Assembly (NCBI GenBank): GCA_965248265.1
Contig: CBDFJF010000001.1
Span: 1,664,001 to 1,728,000, forward strand
Direction of reading: 5' to 3'
DNA from: Candidatus Latescibacterota bacterium
GTDB lineage: Bacteria > Latescibacterota > UBA2968 > UBA8231
DNA: 64,000 nt
Position 1 is the first letter of the stretch. The number at the start of each line of letters is the position of its first letter. The position numbers were made by a program, and so were the translations under genes. The notes beneath the pieces were generated by a model. That model was not told where the DNA came from. It did no database searches and saw only the letters and a program-made list of their open reading frames with translations. Positions 8,860 through 18,418 of this stretch are shown one piece after another.

Positions 8860-9546
8860 ATGACGACCGCGATGACGAGCGTGGCCCCGAAGATCCTCGA
8901 AGAGCTCAAGGAGTTCGACTCCCCCACCATCTTCAACGCCATCCTGGCCATGGAGGGCAAGCCGAACGAGGACTACACCGACCACACCATCAACTGCCTG
9001 TTGCCGGAATTCGGTCCCATCATCGGCTACGCCGTGACCGCTGAAGTCACGACGAACGACGAGGACTCCGCCGCCGTTTCCTGGGACGACTATTACACCA
9101 TGGTGGATGAGCGGGATGGCCCCCTGATCGCCGTCATGAAAGACGTTGACTCCAGACCGGGCCGGGGCGCCTCCTTCGGCGATGGCATGGCGACCCTGCA
9201 CAAGACCCTGGGAGTCGTCGGCGTCATCGTCGACGGCACCGTCCGTGACCTCGCCGGAATCCGCCGGGTAGGCATGCCGACCTACGCCTGGGGCACTGTG
9301 CCCGGACATGGCCAGTTCAACGTCACCCGCTTCGACGCACCCCTGACGGCCGGACAACTGCGCGTTCACCCCGGTGACTTGCTGTTCGCCGACGGCGACG
9401 GCTGCCAGCGCATCCCCAACGATCGCGCCGAAGAGGTCCTCGACCATGCCAACCAGGTCAGGGAAAAGGAGGCTGCCATCTTCGAATTTTACGGCTCTGC
9501 CGATTTCACCGTCGCCGAGATGATTGCCCGCAAGGCCAAGAAGTAA
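8860..9546 (+). CDS. RraA-like / HMG aldolase family protein
   Basis: FDSPTIFNA, GYAVT, SFGDGM, DGTVRD and VHPGDLLFADGDG. Confidence 0.85.
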   Translation: MTTAMTSVAPKILEELKEFDSPTIFNAILAMEGKPNEDYTDHTINCLLPEFGPIIGYAVTAEVTTNDEDSAAVSWDDYYTMVDERDGPLIAVMKDVDSRPGRGASFGDGMATLHKTLGVVGVIVDGTVRDLAGIRRVGMPTYAWGTVPGHGQFNVTRFDAPLTAGQLRVHPGDLLFADGDGCQRIPNDRAEEVLDHANQVREKEAAIFEFYGSADFTVAEMIARKAKK

Positions 9547-9581
9547 TGATCAGATCGGTTCTGTCGCGGATGAGGTTCGCC

Positions 9582-11738
9582 CTACCTGGCATCCAACACC
9601 TCACGAATCTGTCCAGCTACCACGGTTGCCTTCGCCGGCTTGGTGATCACGTGGAGAGATTCGTCCACCGCATCGGAGTTGTATCCAGTAAAGATCATCA
9701 CCTTTAGTTCGGCATTCAGGTCACGCAGAGACCGCAGTACCTCCTCACCCGAGATCTTTGGCATGGACAGATCGAGCACGACAAGATCGACCTCCTCTTG
9801 GTGTTGCCTGTACACATCCAGACCTTTCTCACCGTCTTCTGCTTGTAAAACCCGATACCCAAGTCCCGACAGGTAGGTGGACAGGCTGGTCCTGATGATC
9901 TCCTCGTCGTCAATCACCAGGATCGTCTCCGTCCCACCAGAAGAGGCCGGTTGCACTGAGTCCTTCATCCGTTCGAACTGGATGTTACCATTGGCACTCG
10001 GCAGGCTGACCGTGAAAGTGGTTCCAACTCCTTTGGTGCTTTCGCACTCGATCCAGCCACCGTGATGTTTGACGATACCGAATGCCGTGGCCAGTCCCAG
10101 TCCGGTACCGGCGCCGACCTCCTTGGTCGTGAAAAACGGCTCGAAAATCCGTGCCTTGACGGCTTCTTCCATCCCGGCACCGTTGTCGGATACCTGGATC
10201 CTGACGTGTCGATCCGTTTCGGCCCCTGTCCCGTTTCGCTGACTGGCCTCCAGGCGGATAAACGGCGCCGCCGTTGCCTTGACCGCATCCCGGGCGTTGA
10301 GGCACATGTTCAGGAAGACCTGCTGTAGCTGGCCGAAATCGCCGAGAGTCACCGGTAGCGACCCAGGTGTTTGCAGAGTGATATCGATCCTGCGGTCGAA
10401 TGTCCGCTGACAGATCGTCACAATCTCGCTGAGCATTTGCCCGATATCGATCGGTCTGGATTGCGCGGAATCGGCCGTGCGGGTGAACAACAGCAATTCT
10501 CTCACGATCTCCGCTCCTCGCGCCGACGTCTCCTGGGCGTCGAGAAGATGACGCTTGACCTGCTCCTGCGGAGCCTCGAGAGCGACGTCCAGACTCCCCA
10601 TTATCCCCTGCAACAGATTGTTGAAATTATGGGCGATACCGGCCGACAGCTGGCCCACCGCTTCCAGACGTTGCGACTGACGCAGTTGCTCTTCGGCGTT
10701 CTTGCGCTCGGCAATTTCTCTTTGAAGTTCCACATTCGCTGTCGCCAGTTCGGAGGTTCGATCGGCGACTCGCTGTTCGAGTGTTTCGTTGATGGCCGCC
10801 AGTTGATCACTTGCCTGTCGCCGCTCCGTCAGTACGGCAACCAGCGCAAGCATCGTCAGTGCGACCATACAGACGAACGACTGCAACAGAAGCAGCGACA
10901 TGTTGAGAGAATCCGGTATGAAGAACGGACCAGAGCCGCTCACGGTTGCCCATATCGCGATTCCGGAGATCAGGAGAATCGCCAATGTCACCTGCCGTTG
11001 GCCGAAGCGAAAAACCGACCACAGAAGGAATGGCATCAGCAGGTAGACCTGTGAATGCAAGATGCCTGATGGATACCAGAGTTCGAAGGTCATGAGGCCT
11101 ACCGCGAACAGCGCCGTGAACAGCAGCGTGGTCTCCCACAGCGCATGGCTTCGCTCGGCTCGATCCGACCTCCTGAACAGGCTCACCAATGCTGGCGTCA
11201 GAATGAGGACCCCGGCGAGGTCTCCCAGCCACCAGGTGAACCAGATTTGACTGTACATCACCCATCGGACGATTCCGAACACAGCCAGACCAGTGGTGCC
11301 GACCGTGCTGCTCACCAGACACATCAACAGCGCGGCAACCAGGAATTTGAACACCGACGAGGCGCTGTCGAAAGGTCTGGTTGCGGCTCCAAGGCGGCGC
11401 AACAACATCACGCCGCACACGGCCTCGAGGGTGTTCCCGATGGCAATCCACAAGGACAGCGCAGCCGCCCCCGGCAACCCGGCAGTCTGGTTCATAAGGA
11501 AGACGACGATGTTCGCCAGGAACGCCCCTATGGCGACTCCAGGCCATACCCGATAGCCGAGCAGAAGCAGGGCGGCAAAGGCGATGCCGGAGGGAGGCCA
11601 CACCGGTGACGCGTTCGTCTTTTGGAAGGCGAGCAACAAGCCCAGGTGGGCCGAACCGTAGTACATCGCCGCCACGCAGAGAACGAGCAGCGATCCAGCC
11701 AACCAGGAAGGGAGAGTTTTCAAGCGAATGAAAGTCAT
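9582..11738 (-). CDS. MASE1-domain hybrid sensor histidine kinase/response regulator
   Basis: MASE1 motifs (SPVWPPSGIA, TWWLGD), H-box GIAHNFNNLL, N-box NARDA, G boxes DNGAGM, FFTTK and GTGLGL, and a C-terminal REC domain (VIDDE, LDLSMP). Confidence 0.92.
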   Translation of the reverse strand: MTFIRLKTLPSWLAGSLLVLCVAAMYYGSAHLGLLLAFQKTNASPVWPPSGIAFAALLLLGYRVWPGVAIGAFLANIVVFLMNQTAGLPGAAALSLWIAIGNTLEAVCGVMLLRRLGAATRPFDSASSVFKFLVAALLMCLVSSTVGTTGLAVFGIVRWVMYSQIWFTWWLGDLAGVLILTPALVSLFRRSDRAERSHALWETTLLFTALFAVGLMTFELWYPSGILHSQVYLLMPFLLWSVFRFGQRQVTLAILLISGIAIWATVSGSGPFFIPDSLNMSLLLLQSFVCMVALTMLALVAVLTERRQASDQLAAINETLEQRVADRTSELATANVELQREIAERKNAEEQLRQSQRLEAVGQLSAGIAHNFNNLLQGIMGSLDVALEAPQEQVKRHLLDAQETSARGAEIVRELLLFTRTADSAQSRPIDIGQMLSEIVTICQRTFDRRIDITLQTPGSLPVTLGDFGQLQQVFLNMCLNARDAVKATAAPFIRLEASQRNGTGAETDRHVRIQVSDNGAGMEEAVKARIFEPFFTTKEVGAGTGLGLATAFGIVKHHGGWIECESTKGVGTTFTVSLPSANGNIQFERMKDSVQPASSGGTETILVIDDEEIIRTSLSTYLSGLGYRVLQAEDGEKGLDVYRQHQEEVDLVVLDLSMPKISGEEVLRSLRDLNAELKVMIFTGYNSDAVDESLHVITKPAKATVVAGQIREVLDAR

Positions 11739-11754
11739 GTAGCTGAAAACATGA

Positions 11755-13149
11755 TCAACTGTCTTCCTTGACAGTGGGCAGTCCCGCCGCCTCCCACGCC
11801 TCGAGCCCCCCAACGAGATCCGCCACGGGGACATCAGGAAGCTCGCGCATGATCAGACTGGCAGCAATCGAAGACCGGTAGCCGCCGGCGCAATGCACGA
11901 CGACTTCGCCCTCGATTCCCCGTTCGAGATACTCTCCGAGTTTATTCAGAGGAACGTTGATGCTGTCTGCAATATGCTCCTCCGAGTATTCACCGGGACC
12001 GCGCACATCGATGATCGTCGAGGTTTCGGCATCGAGCTTTTCACTCAGCGAACCCGCCGTGACACGCTCAACCCGGCACACCAGATCTGGACGCGTTTCC
12101 AGCGCTTCCATGCCCCCGTTCAGAAAGCCGGCCACCCTGTCGAAGCCGATGCGCCCGAGTCTGATGGCAGCCTCTTCTTCTCGCCCTCTCTCGGCGATCA
12201 GGATGATCGGCTCGTCGGTGCTGAGCAACGTCCCGGCCCAGGTGGCATACTTTCCCTGCAGACCGACGTTCAGGCACCCCACCAGGTGAGCCCCGGCAAA
12301 ATCGGAGGGCTCACGTGTGTCCAACAGTTGAGCACCGGCGACAGCCTGTTCGTGGACTTGCTCGATCGTCAGTGGCTTCAAGCCATGACTGAGCGAGGCC
12401 TCCAACGTCGGGTGCTGTTTTGTATTGAGAATGGCGTCGTACGTGAAGTAATCGGGTGTATCCGGTTGATCGGCACAGACGATGCGGATGAACTCCTCCG
12501 AAGTCATCGGCTGCAGCGCGTAGTTGTACTGCCGCTGAATCCCGATCGTCGATACCGTGTCCTCACTCATGTTCTTGCCGCACAGAGAACCGGCGCCGTG
12601 GGCCGGGTAGACGAGGGTCTCATCGGGGAGTGTCAGCAGCTTGTCGTGGATGCTGTCGTAGAGCAGGGCACCCAACTCCTCGGCCGTCCAACCCAGCGAA
12701 GCCCGTAGATCGGGTCGGCCGACGTCACCGATAAACAAGGTGTCGCCTGTGAGTACGGCATGGGCACTCTGGCTTTCTCCTTCGAACACGAGGATGCATA
12801 TCGATTCGGGTGAATGACCCGGGGTTGATAACACCTGCAGTCGCAATCTTCCCAGCCCCAGCATTTCACCATCATCCATGGCGGTGAACTCGTACTCCGC
12901 TTGCGCCCTGGCGCCCAGATAGATTCCGGCCCCGACACGATCTCGAAGCTCGAGATGACCGGCCAGGAAATCGGCGTGAAAGTGACTCAGGAATACCGCA
13001 TCGATGGTCAGGTCACCTGCTTCGGCGTCCTTCAGATACTGGTCGATGTCTCGCTGCGGATCGACGACGGCCGCACGGCCGCTTTCTTCGTCGCCGATCA
13101 GATAGGACGCATGTGCGAGGCACCCCAGGTAATACTGTTTCAGTATCAT
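11755..13149 (-). CDS. MBL-fold persulfide dioxygenase-like protein fused to two rhodanese domains (CstB-like architecture)
   Basis: CLAHASY, DPQRD, SHFHADF, TPGHSPE, TGDTLFIGDVGRPDL and PAHGAGSLCG. The C-terminal rhodanese has HCAGGYRS. A GGAG RBS precedes ATG 13149. Confidence 0.9.
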   Translation of the reverse strand: MILKQYYLGCLAHASYLIGDEESGRAAVVDPQRDIDQYLKDAEAGDLTIDAVFLSHFHADFLAGHLELRDRVGAGIYLGARAQAEYEFTAMDDGEMLGLGRLRLQVLSTPGHSPESICILVFEGESQSAHAVLTGDTLFIGDVGRPDLRASLGWTAEELGALLYDSIHDKLLTLPDETLVYPAHGAGSLCGKNMSEDTVSTIGIQRQYNYALQPMTSEEFIRIVCADQPDTPDYFTYDAILNTKQHPTLEASLSHGLKPLTIEQVHEQAVAGAQLLDTREPSDFAGAHLVGCLNVGLQGKYATWAGTLLSTDEPIILIAERGREEEAAIRLGRIGFDRVAGFLNGGMEALETRPDLVCRVERVTAGSLSEKLDAETSTIIDVRGPGEYSEEHIADSINVPLNKLGEYLERGIEGEVVVHCAGGYRSSIAASLIMRELPDVPVADLVGGLEAWEAAGLPTVKEDS

Positions 13150-13478
13150 GGGGTCTCTCCTTTGGGTTCCCTCGGCCACCCTACCGGACCGGTTGGCCAC
13201 AGGTAATAAATTGACGCACGTACGCCTAAGCTGCCAGACCTCAGTCCTCGTCACTCTTTCGCTCCCGCCATCAACCCCGCCGTTCAGAGTCCGATGATCT
13301 CTCCCGCATGCTTGAGAGCCCCTGGTCAGCGTCTCCAGAACTCCTTCCCGCGCCAACATCCTTGCCACAATCGGTCACACAGGGTGGGACACTGAACTTG
13401 ATCGATTCAGGTAACATCGAGCTGGAGTCACATGACCTTGGCCTGCGGGATGCCGAAGACGACTGAGTCCTGCCAGGA

Positions 13479-13530
13479 CTGCCATTTTGACAGGTTTAGA
13501 AAGGACAGTTGCGATCTGTCAGGTTGGCAA
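13479..13530. promoter_or_regulatory. Pair of palindromic TG(C/T)CA-N3-TG(A/G)CA boxes (putative enhancer/activator sites)
   Basis: CTGCCATTTTGACAG (13479-13493) and CTGTCAGGTTGGCAA (13516-13530), about 75-125 bp upstream of the sigma54 box. Confidence 0.5.
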
Positions 13531-13552
13531 AGTCACCTCACTCGACCAGTAA

Positions 13553-13588
13553 TATTTCACAACATACTGTAATTAATGTTGTTAAATA
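13553..13588. promoter_or_regulatory. AT-rich inverted repeat (putative bending-protein or operator site)
   Basis: TATTTCACAACAT-N10-ATGTTGTTAAATA, with 13-bp arms and 1 mismatch, inside a strongly AT-rich patch. Confidence 0.45.
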
Positions 13589-13604
13589 ATTCGTTACATC
13601 TTCG

Positions 13605-13620
13605 AGGTACGGTTATTGCA
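13605..13620 (+). promoter_or_regulatory. Sigma54 (-24/-12) promoter of lon
   Basis: AGGTACGGTTATTGCA has GG at 13606-07 and GC at 13618-19, exact GG-N10-GC spacing, close to the TGGCACG-N4-TTGC consensus. An AAGGAG RBS follows before ATG 13685. Confidence 0.6.
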
Positions 13621-13684
13621 ACTCCGGCGAGTGGAATGACATAGCATGCCAAAAGTGAGTGAATGAACGCAAAGGAGATCTGAA

Positions 13685-16180
13685 ATGGCCGTATCCAGTG
13701 ACACAGTTGAGGTGAAAGAGGTGGCAGAAGGGGAGGAGAGCCTTGCGAGGCGATCCTTTCCTCCCGAGCTGCCCTTACTGATCACACCACAGGTCGTCAT
13801 CTACCCCGGTATGGCCTCGCCATTGGTGATCGACGACCGCGACTCCGTGAACATGGTCCAGGCTGCCCTCAAGACCGGCAACAACGTCGTCGCCTTGTTC
13901 GGTCGCGTGTCCAGCGAGCAGGATGTGAGCGAAGAGGATGAGGTGGTTGCAGGATCGAGCGGGGATGATCTCTATCCGGTTGGCGCAGCAGTCCAGCTCG
14001 TCAGATCGCAGAAGGCTTCAGACGGTCGCCTGCAGCTGCTCGTCCAGGGCCTTGCCCGGATCAAGATCCAGCGGAAGTTGACCGACACCTCCTACCCGAT
14101 GGCCAGCGTCCAGGAACTGGAGGATCTCGAGGAGACCTCGACCCGTTCCGAGGCCATGGTGCGCAACGTGACCAGCCAGTTTCGCAAGGCGGTTTCATTG
14201 GCACCAAGCGTCCCAAAGGAAGTGGCAGAAACTGTTGGCGCGTTACCGGAGACCGGCCAGAAGGCCGATTTCATCGCCACCCAGCTGAACCTGGACTTCG
14301 CCGAGCGGCAGGAGATTCTCGGCGAGCTCAACGTGCATCGCCGCTTCGAAACCTTGAACACCTACCTCAACCGTGAAGTGGAAATCCTCGAGCTGCGTGA
14401 AAAAATCAGCAGCGAAGCAGCCGGAACCATGGAAAAGGCCCAGCGAGAGTTCTTCCTGCGCCAGCAGCTGCACGCCATTCAGGAAGAGTTGGGGGAGGAG
14501 GGCAGCACCAAAGAGATCGATGACCTCCGCGACTCCATCGAGGCGGCAGGGCTGCCACCGGAGGCCAAACAGGAAGCGGATCGGGAGCTGTCACGCTTGG
14601 CCAGCACGCCGCAGGCCTCACCGGAGTACTCGGTTTCGCGCACGTATTTGGATTGGCTCGCAAACCTGCCGTGGAGTAACTCCAGCGAAAGCGACCTCGA
14701 TCTGGGCTTGGCCGAACGCGTTCTGAACCAGGATCACTACGGCCTCGATAAGCCCAAGGACCGGATCCTCGAGTACCTCTCGGTCAGACGGCTGAAGGAA
14801 GACATGCGCGGACCGATATTGTGCCTGGTCGGTCCGCCGGGAGTCGGCAAGACCTCGCTGGGCAAATCCGTCGCCCGGGCCATGGGGCGAGAGTTCGTGC
14901 GCATGTCGCTGGGCGGGGTCAGAGACGAGTCGGAGATCCGTGGTCATCGCCGCACTTACGTCGGAGCCATGCCCGGACGCATCGTGCAGAGCCTGCGCCG
15001 GGCCGGCACCAACAACCCGGTCTTCATGCTCGACGAGATCGACAAGCTGGGCTCGGACTTTCGCGGTGATCCTTCATCGGCGCTGCTGGAAGTGCTGGAT
15101 CCGGAGCAGAACCACACCTTCGTCGATCACTATCTGGACGTAGCCTTCGACCTGTCCAAGGTCATGTTCATCGCCACGGCGAACTCCTTGCACTCAATCC
15201 CACCTGCACTGCTTGATCGCATGGAAGTGCTTGAGTTGTCGGGGTACACCGAGGACGAGAAGCTGGAGATCGCCCGGCGTTACCTGATCCCGAAGCAGGT
15301 TTCCGAGCACGGACTCTCCAGCTCCAAGCTCTACATCGACAAAGGTGCCGTCAGATCGGTCATCGGGCACTATACCAGGGAGGCGGGGTTGCGCAATCTC
15401 GAACGCGAGATCGGTACGATCTCACGCAAGGTGGCGCGCAAGTTCGCCCAGGGCCGCCAGCGCCGCATCCGCGTCCAGGAACAGCATCTCAGCGATTACC
15501 TCGGTCCCGTACGCTTCCGCCACGAAGTCGCTGAGGAATCACACGAGGTCGGAGTCGTCGCCGGGTTGGCGTGGACGCCTGTTGGCGGAGACGTCCTCTT
15601 CGTCGAGGGGTCGGTGATGCCGGGTCAAGGCAGGATGAAGCTGACCGGCCAGATGGGCGACGTGATGAAGGAATCGGTCGAAGCCGCCATGACCTACGTC
15701 AGATCGCGGTGGCAGTCGTTGGGATTGCAGGAGTCGTTCGCCCAGAACCAGGACCTCCACATTCACGTGCCTGCCGGCGCCATTCCCAAGGATGGCCCCT
15801 CCGCCGGCATCACCATGGCCACGGTGCTGGCCTCCGTGTTCACAGGCCGATCCGTGCGCAAGGACGTGGCCATGACCGGAGAGATCACCCTGCGCGGCAA
15901 GGTCCTGCCGATCGGCGGGGTTCGCGACAAGGTGCTGGCGGCGCATCGGGCCGGGATACGGACGGTGATTCTGCCGGCTGACAACCGCAAGGACGCGGAG
16001 GAGATTCCCGAGACCGTGCGCAAAGAGCTGAAGCTTGTCTTCGTCGACCACGTCGACAAGGTGATCGATCTGGCTCTGGTCAAAGGGAGGCGGAAGAAGG
16101 CCAACCGTAGCACGTCAGCAAATGGCGGGGGAACGACGCCGAATCCGGCAGTGCGGATACCGGTGTCGTCCGTCAACTGA
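13685..16180 (+). CDS. lon: ATP-dependent protease La (Lon)
   Basis: LON N-domain, Walker [23 protein letters not shown], Walker B MLDEIDK, catalytic PKDGPSAG (Ser) and DKVLAA (Lys). Confidence 0.97.
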   Translation: MAVSSDTVEVKEVAEGEESLARRSFPPELPLLITPQVVIYPGMASPLVIDDRDSVNMVQAALKTGNNVVALFGRVSSEQDVSEEDEVVAGSSGDDLYPVGAAVQLVRSQKASDGRLQLLVQGLARIKIQRKLTDTSYPMASVQELEDLEETSTRSEAMVRNVTSQFRKAVSLAPSVPKEVAETVGALPETGQKADFIATQLNLDFAERQEILGELNVHRRFETLNTYLNREVEILELREKISSEAAGTMEKAQREFFLRQQLHAIQEELGEEGSTKEIDDLRDSIEAAGLPPEAKQEADRELSRLASTPQASPEYSVSRTYLDWLANLPWSNSSESDLDLGLAERVLNQDHYGLDKPKDRILEYLSVRRLKEDMRGPILCLVGPPGVGKTSLGKSVARAMGREFVRMSLGGVRDESEIRGHRRTYVGAMPGRIVQSLRRAGTNNPVFMLDEIDKLGSDFRGDPSSALLEVLDPEQNHTFVDHYLDVAFDLSKVMFIATANSLHSIPPALLDRMEVLELSGYTEDEKLEIARRYLIPKQVSEHGLSSSKLYIDKGAVRSVIGHYTREAGLRNLEREIGTISRKVARKFAQGRQRRIRVQEQHLSDYLGPVRFRHEVAEESHEVGVVAGLAWTPVGGDVLFVEGSVMPGQGRMKLTGQMGDVMKESVEAAMTYVRSRWQSLGLQESFAQNQDLHIHVPAGAIPKDGPSAGITMATVLASVFTGRSVRKDVAMTGEITLRGKVLPIGGVRDKVLAAHRAGIRTVILPADNRKDAEEIPETVRKELKLVFVDHVDKVIDLALVKGRRKKANRSTSANGGGTTPNPAVRIPVSSVN

Positions 16181-16205
16181 ACCAGCGTCGCAAGATAATG
16201 ACGGA

Positions 16206-16236
16206 GCGCCGGGGCTGGTCGTGGTCCCGGCGTTTC
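16206..16236 (+). terminator. Possible intrinsic terminator after lon
   Basis: GCGCCGGG...CCCGGCGT stem followed by a short T run, between convergent genes. Confidence 0.35.
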
Positions 16237-16266
16237 CACCATAAATGAGCCGCCTGCGGCGCGGCG

Positions 16267-17085
16267 TTACTCGTTGAAGTTGTAGATACCCAGCGCGGTC
16301 TTGCCAAGCACCCACTCTTGATCCTCTCCGCTGAGCCAGTCGATGTGCTCCTGGAACATCTCCAGCGCTGGTTTATACTTCGTCTGCCGCTCAACGCCGG
16401 GAAAGTTGGTCCCCCACATCAACCGCTGCGGCCCGAAGGCGTCGAAGATGCGCTTGAAACCGTCGTGAGAATCCTTGTAGGGAAACTCCTCCTGCTCTTT
16501 GTGCGGAATCAACTTCACGTACACGTTCGGATACTTCGCCAAATTGAGGACCGGTTGCATGCCCGGGTACGGAGCCTCTTCGATTCTCGGCGCGCCGCCG
16601 TTGTGGTCGAGGGCGAGAGGGACATCCGGGTGCCTGGCAACAATTGGTTCAATATCGGGGTACAATGTTGAGGGTCCGTGTGAGATGAAGCCGGCTCCCA
16701 ACTCGGCAGCCTTGTCCCAGATGGGATCCTGATCCGCGCCCGCCCACATGGACGGGTGGTCGGGTTTCGACAGATGGATCCGCAAGCCGCTGAATCCGTG
16801 CTCCTTTACCAGCACCTCGAGACGCTCGGCCGCCCCGGGCTCGAACTGGTTGACCAGGCCCATGGCCGCGAACTTGCCCGGAAAGCGCTTGAGCGTGTCG
16901 GCCACGTAACTGTTGTCGAATAGATAGTGAATCGGCTGCACGATGACGGCCCTGTCGACCCCGGCCTCAGCCATCTTCGTGTTGAGGAACTCGACGCTGC
17001 CATCCTCGTCCACGGTCCTGCCCTCGTTCATCGGGTACTTTTCGAAATCGCTGCTGTGTACGTGCAGATGGGTGTCGACAACCAT
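16267..17085 (-). CDS. Amidohydrolase family protein (Amidohydro_2, lactonase-like)
   Basis: VDTHLHV, GVDRAVIVQP, DNSY, LDHNG, NVYVKL and FGPQRLMWGTNFP. Confidence 0.88.
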   Translation of the reverse strand: MVVDTHLHVHSSDFEKYPMNEGRTVDEDGSVEFLNTKMAEAGVDRAVIVQPIHYLFDNSYVADTLKRFPGKFAAMGLVNQFEPGAAERLEVLVKEHGFSGLRIHLSKPDHPSMWAGADQDPIWDKAAELGAGFISHGPSTLYPDIEPIVARHPDVPLALDHNGGAPRIEEAPYPGMQPVLNLAKYPNVYVKLIPHKEQEEFPYKDSHDGFKRIFDAFGPQRLMWGTNFPGVERQTKYKPALEMFQEHIDWLSGEDQEWVLGKTALGIYNFNE

Positions 17086-17158
17086 GGTTATTCACTCCTC
17101 AGATGAGAATTCGACAGTGACGACGTGATGGCCTTCTCTGAGAGCGGAGTCGCAAGCC

Positions 17159-17965
17159 TCAGTTCAGTAAATCGCGTAGATGAGCCGCCGCCTTACCGAT
17201 CAGTTCGGTACGGTCGTCCTGCTCCTTGCCCTCGTAGACGATGGAAATACAACCATTGTAGTCGCCTGCTTTCAGAACCCCGGCAACCCGCTCGTAATCG
17301 AGCACCTGCTCACGACCGCTGGCAATCTTGTAGATCTTGCAACGCACGTAACTGGAATGGGGCAGCGTCTGCTCCATGTAGCTGTAGATGTCGACATCCG
17401 GATCGGCATCACCCGCCGCACCTGGTGAGCCACGCCACTGACCCGTATCCATGATGAACGAAAAATTGGGATGGTCTACATCCTCGATAATCCGCAGCAC
17501 ATCGGGACCTGTCGCGGCCAGGTTGCGGTTGTCGTGATTCTGCATCGCCACGACCACACCCTTGTCGGCGCCGTACTCGCTGACTTCACGCAGGCAGCGA
17601 GCCAGTGCGGCAAACATCGGATCCCGGTTCTCGAGCTCAAAGGTGGTCCAACCGAAGACGCGAATCAGCGGCGCTCCCAGAACGAGCGCCATGTCGACGG
17701 CCGACTTGCACTCATCAATCTTCTCTCGCTGAAAGTCTTCGTCACCCGCGAACCCACCGCCGACGCCCAGGTAACCCACGGGCAGCCCAAGGTCCAGGCA
17801 CTGACGCTTGATTCCCAACAGGTAGTCGACGTCAGCGGATTCGAATGCCCGTTGATGAAAATCCAGACAGTCGAGCCGCAAGTCATGGCAGGTCTGGATG
17901 AAGTCCTCGACGCTGATCGGAGGAGCGCCTTTATAGCTGAGGTAGTTACAGCCGATTTTTATCAA
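17159..17965 (-). CDS. Sugar phosphate isomerase/epimerase (xylose isomerase-like TIM barrel)
   Basis: LGAPLIRVFG, MQNHD, MDTGQW and YNGCISIVYEG. TTG start. Confidence 0.8.
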   Translation of the reverse strand: MIKIGCNYLSYKGAPPISVEDFIQTCHDLRLDCLDFHQRAFESADVDYLLGIKRQCLDLGLPVGYLGVGGGFAGDEDFQREKIDECKSAVDMALVLGAPLIRVFGWTTFELENRDPMFAALARCLREVSEYGADKGVVVAMQNHDNRNLAATGPDVLRIIEDVDHPNFSFIMDTGQWRGSPGAAGDADPDVDIYSYMEQTLPHSSYVRCKIYKIASGREQVLDYERVAGVLKAGDYNGCISIVYEGKEQDDRTELIGKAAAHLRDLLN

Positions 17966-17968
17966 TGA

Positions 17969-18135
17969 TTAACCTGCTGGAAATCGATACTCGATGAAGG
18001 CGATGATGATGGTCGCGAATACCCCGCTGATCCCGATCATGGCATAGAGGTTGTGGCGCAGACCTGCTGATCTTCGCGCAAGTACGAGATGCCCCAGTGC
18101 ATGTCTTCCGGCGGTGGTGAGGTGGATTCGGCCAT
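17969..18135 (-). pseudogene. Frameshifted small protein with a C-terminal membrane anchor (internal deletion or collapsed repeat)
   Basis: An AGGAG RBS and ATG 18135 give MAESTSPPPEDMHWGISYLRED. A different frame then gives GLRHNLYAMIGISGVFATIIIAFIEYRFPAG-stop (hydrophobic tail). The 167-nt span is not a multiple of 3. Confidence 0.55.
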
Positions 18136-18164
18136 CAGGTTTCTCCTGAAGATAGAGTTGGACC

Positions 18165-18400
18165 AGTTGATGACCAAGCCCGAAGAAAGGCGGTGCCGCC
18201 TCCGCCGTGAAGAAGGACCATGGCGGGACTGCTCGCCCTCTTTCAGTTTGGGTAACCCATCAAGGCGAAAACCGTAGTCCTGTTTCCTCGATAGGGTTCA
18301 TTCTCGATGTATACAGCTACAACGCCTTCGGCGCCGAATCCCTTGGCGGGTTGGTAATCGGGTTTCTCGAAGAGCCCTTGGAGATGATGTCCAGAAAGCA
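18165..18400 (-). pseudogene. N-terminal remnant of an alpha/beta-hydrolase (acetylxylan-esterase-like)
   Basis: LFEKPDYQPAKGFGAEGVVAVYIENEPYRGNRTTVFALMGYPN-stop-KRASSPAMVLLHGGGGTAF contains the recognisable PxMVLxHGGGGTAF motif, an internal TGA and no downstream catalytic part. Confidence 0.6.
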
Positions 18401-18418
18401 GCGTGCTGACCACCCTTC

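Noticed and set aside
18243-18245. In-frame TGA in the esterase remnant as possible selenocysteine or readthrough
   Set aside because: It is not at a Cys-type position and has no evident SECIS hairpin. A shifted frame reads KLKEGEQ, which points to two compensating deletions, and the gene is truncated anyway.
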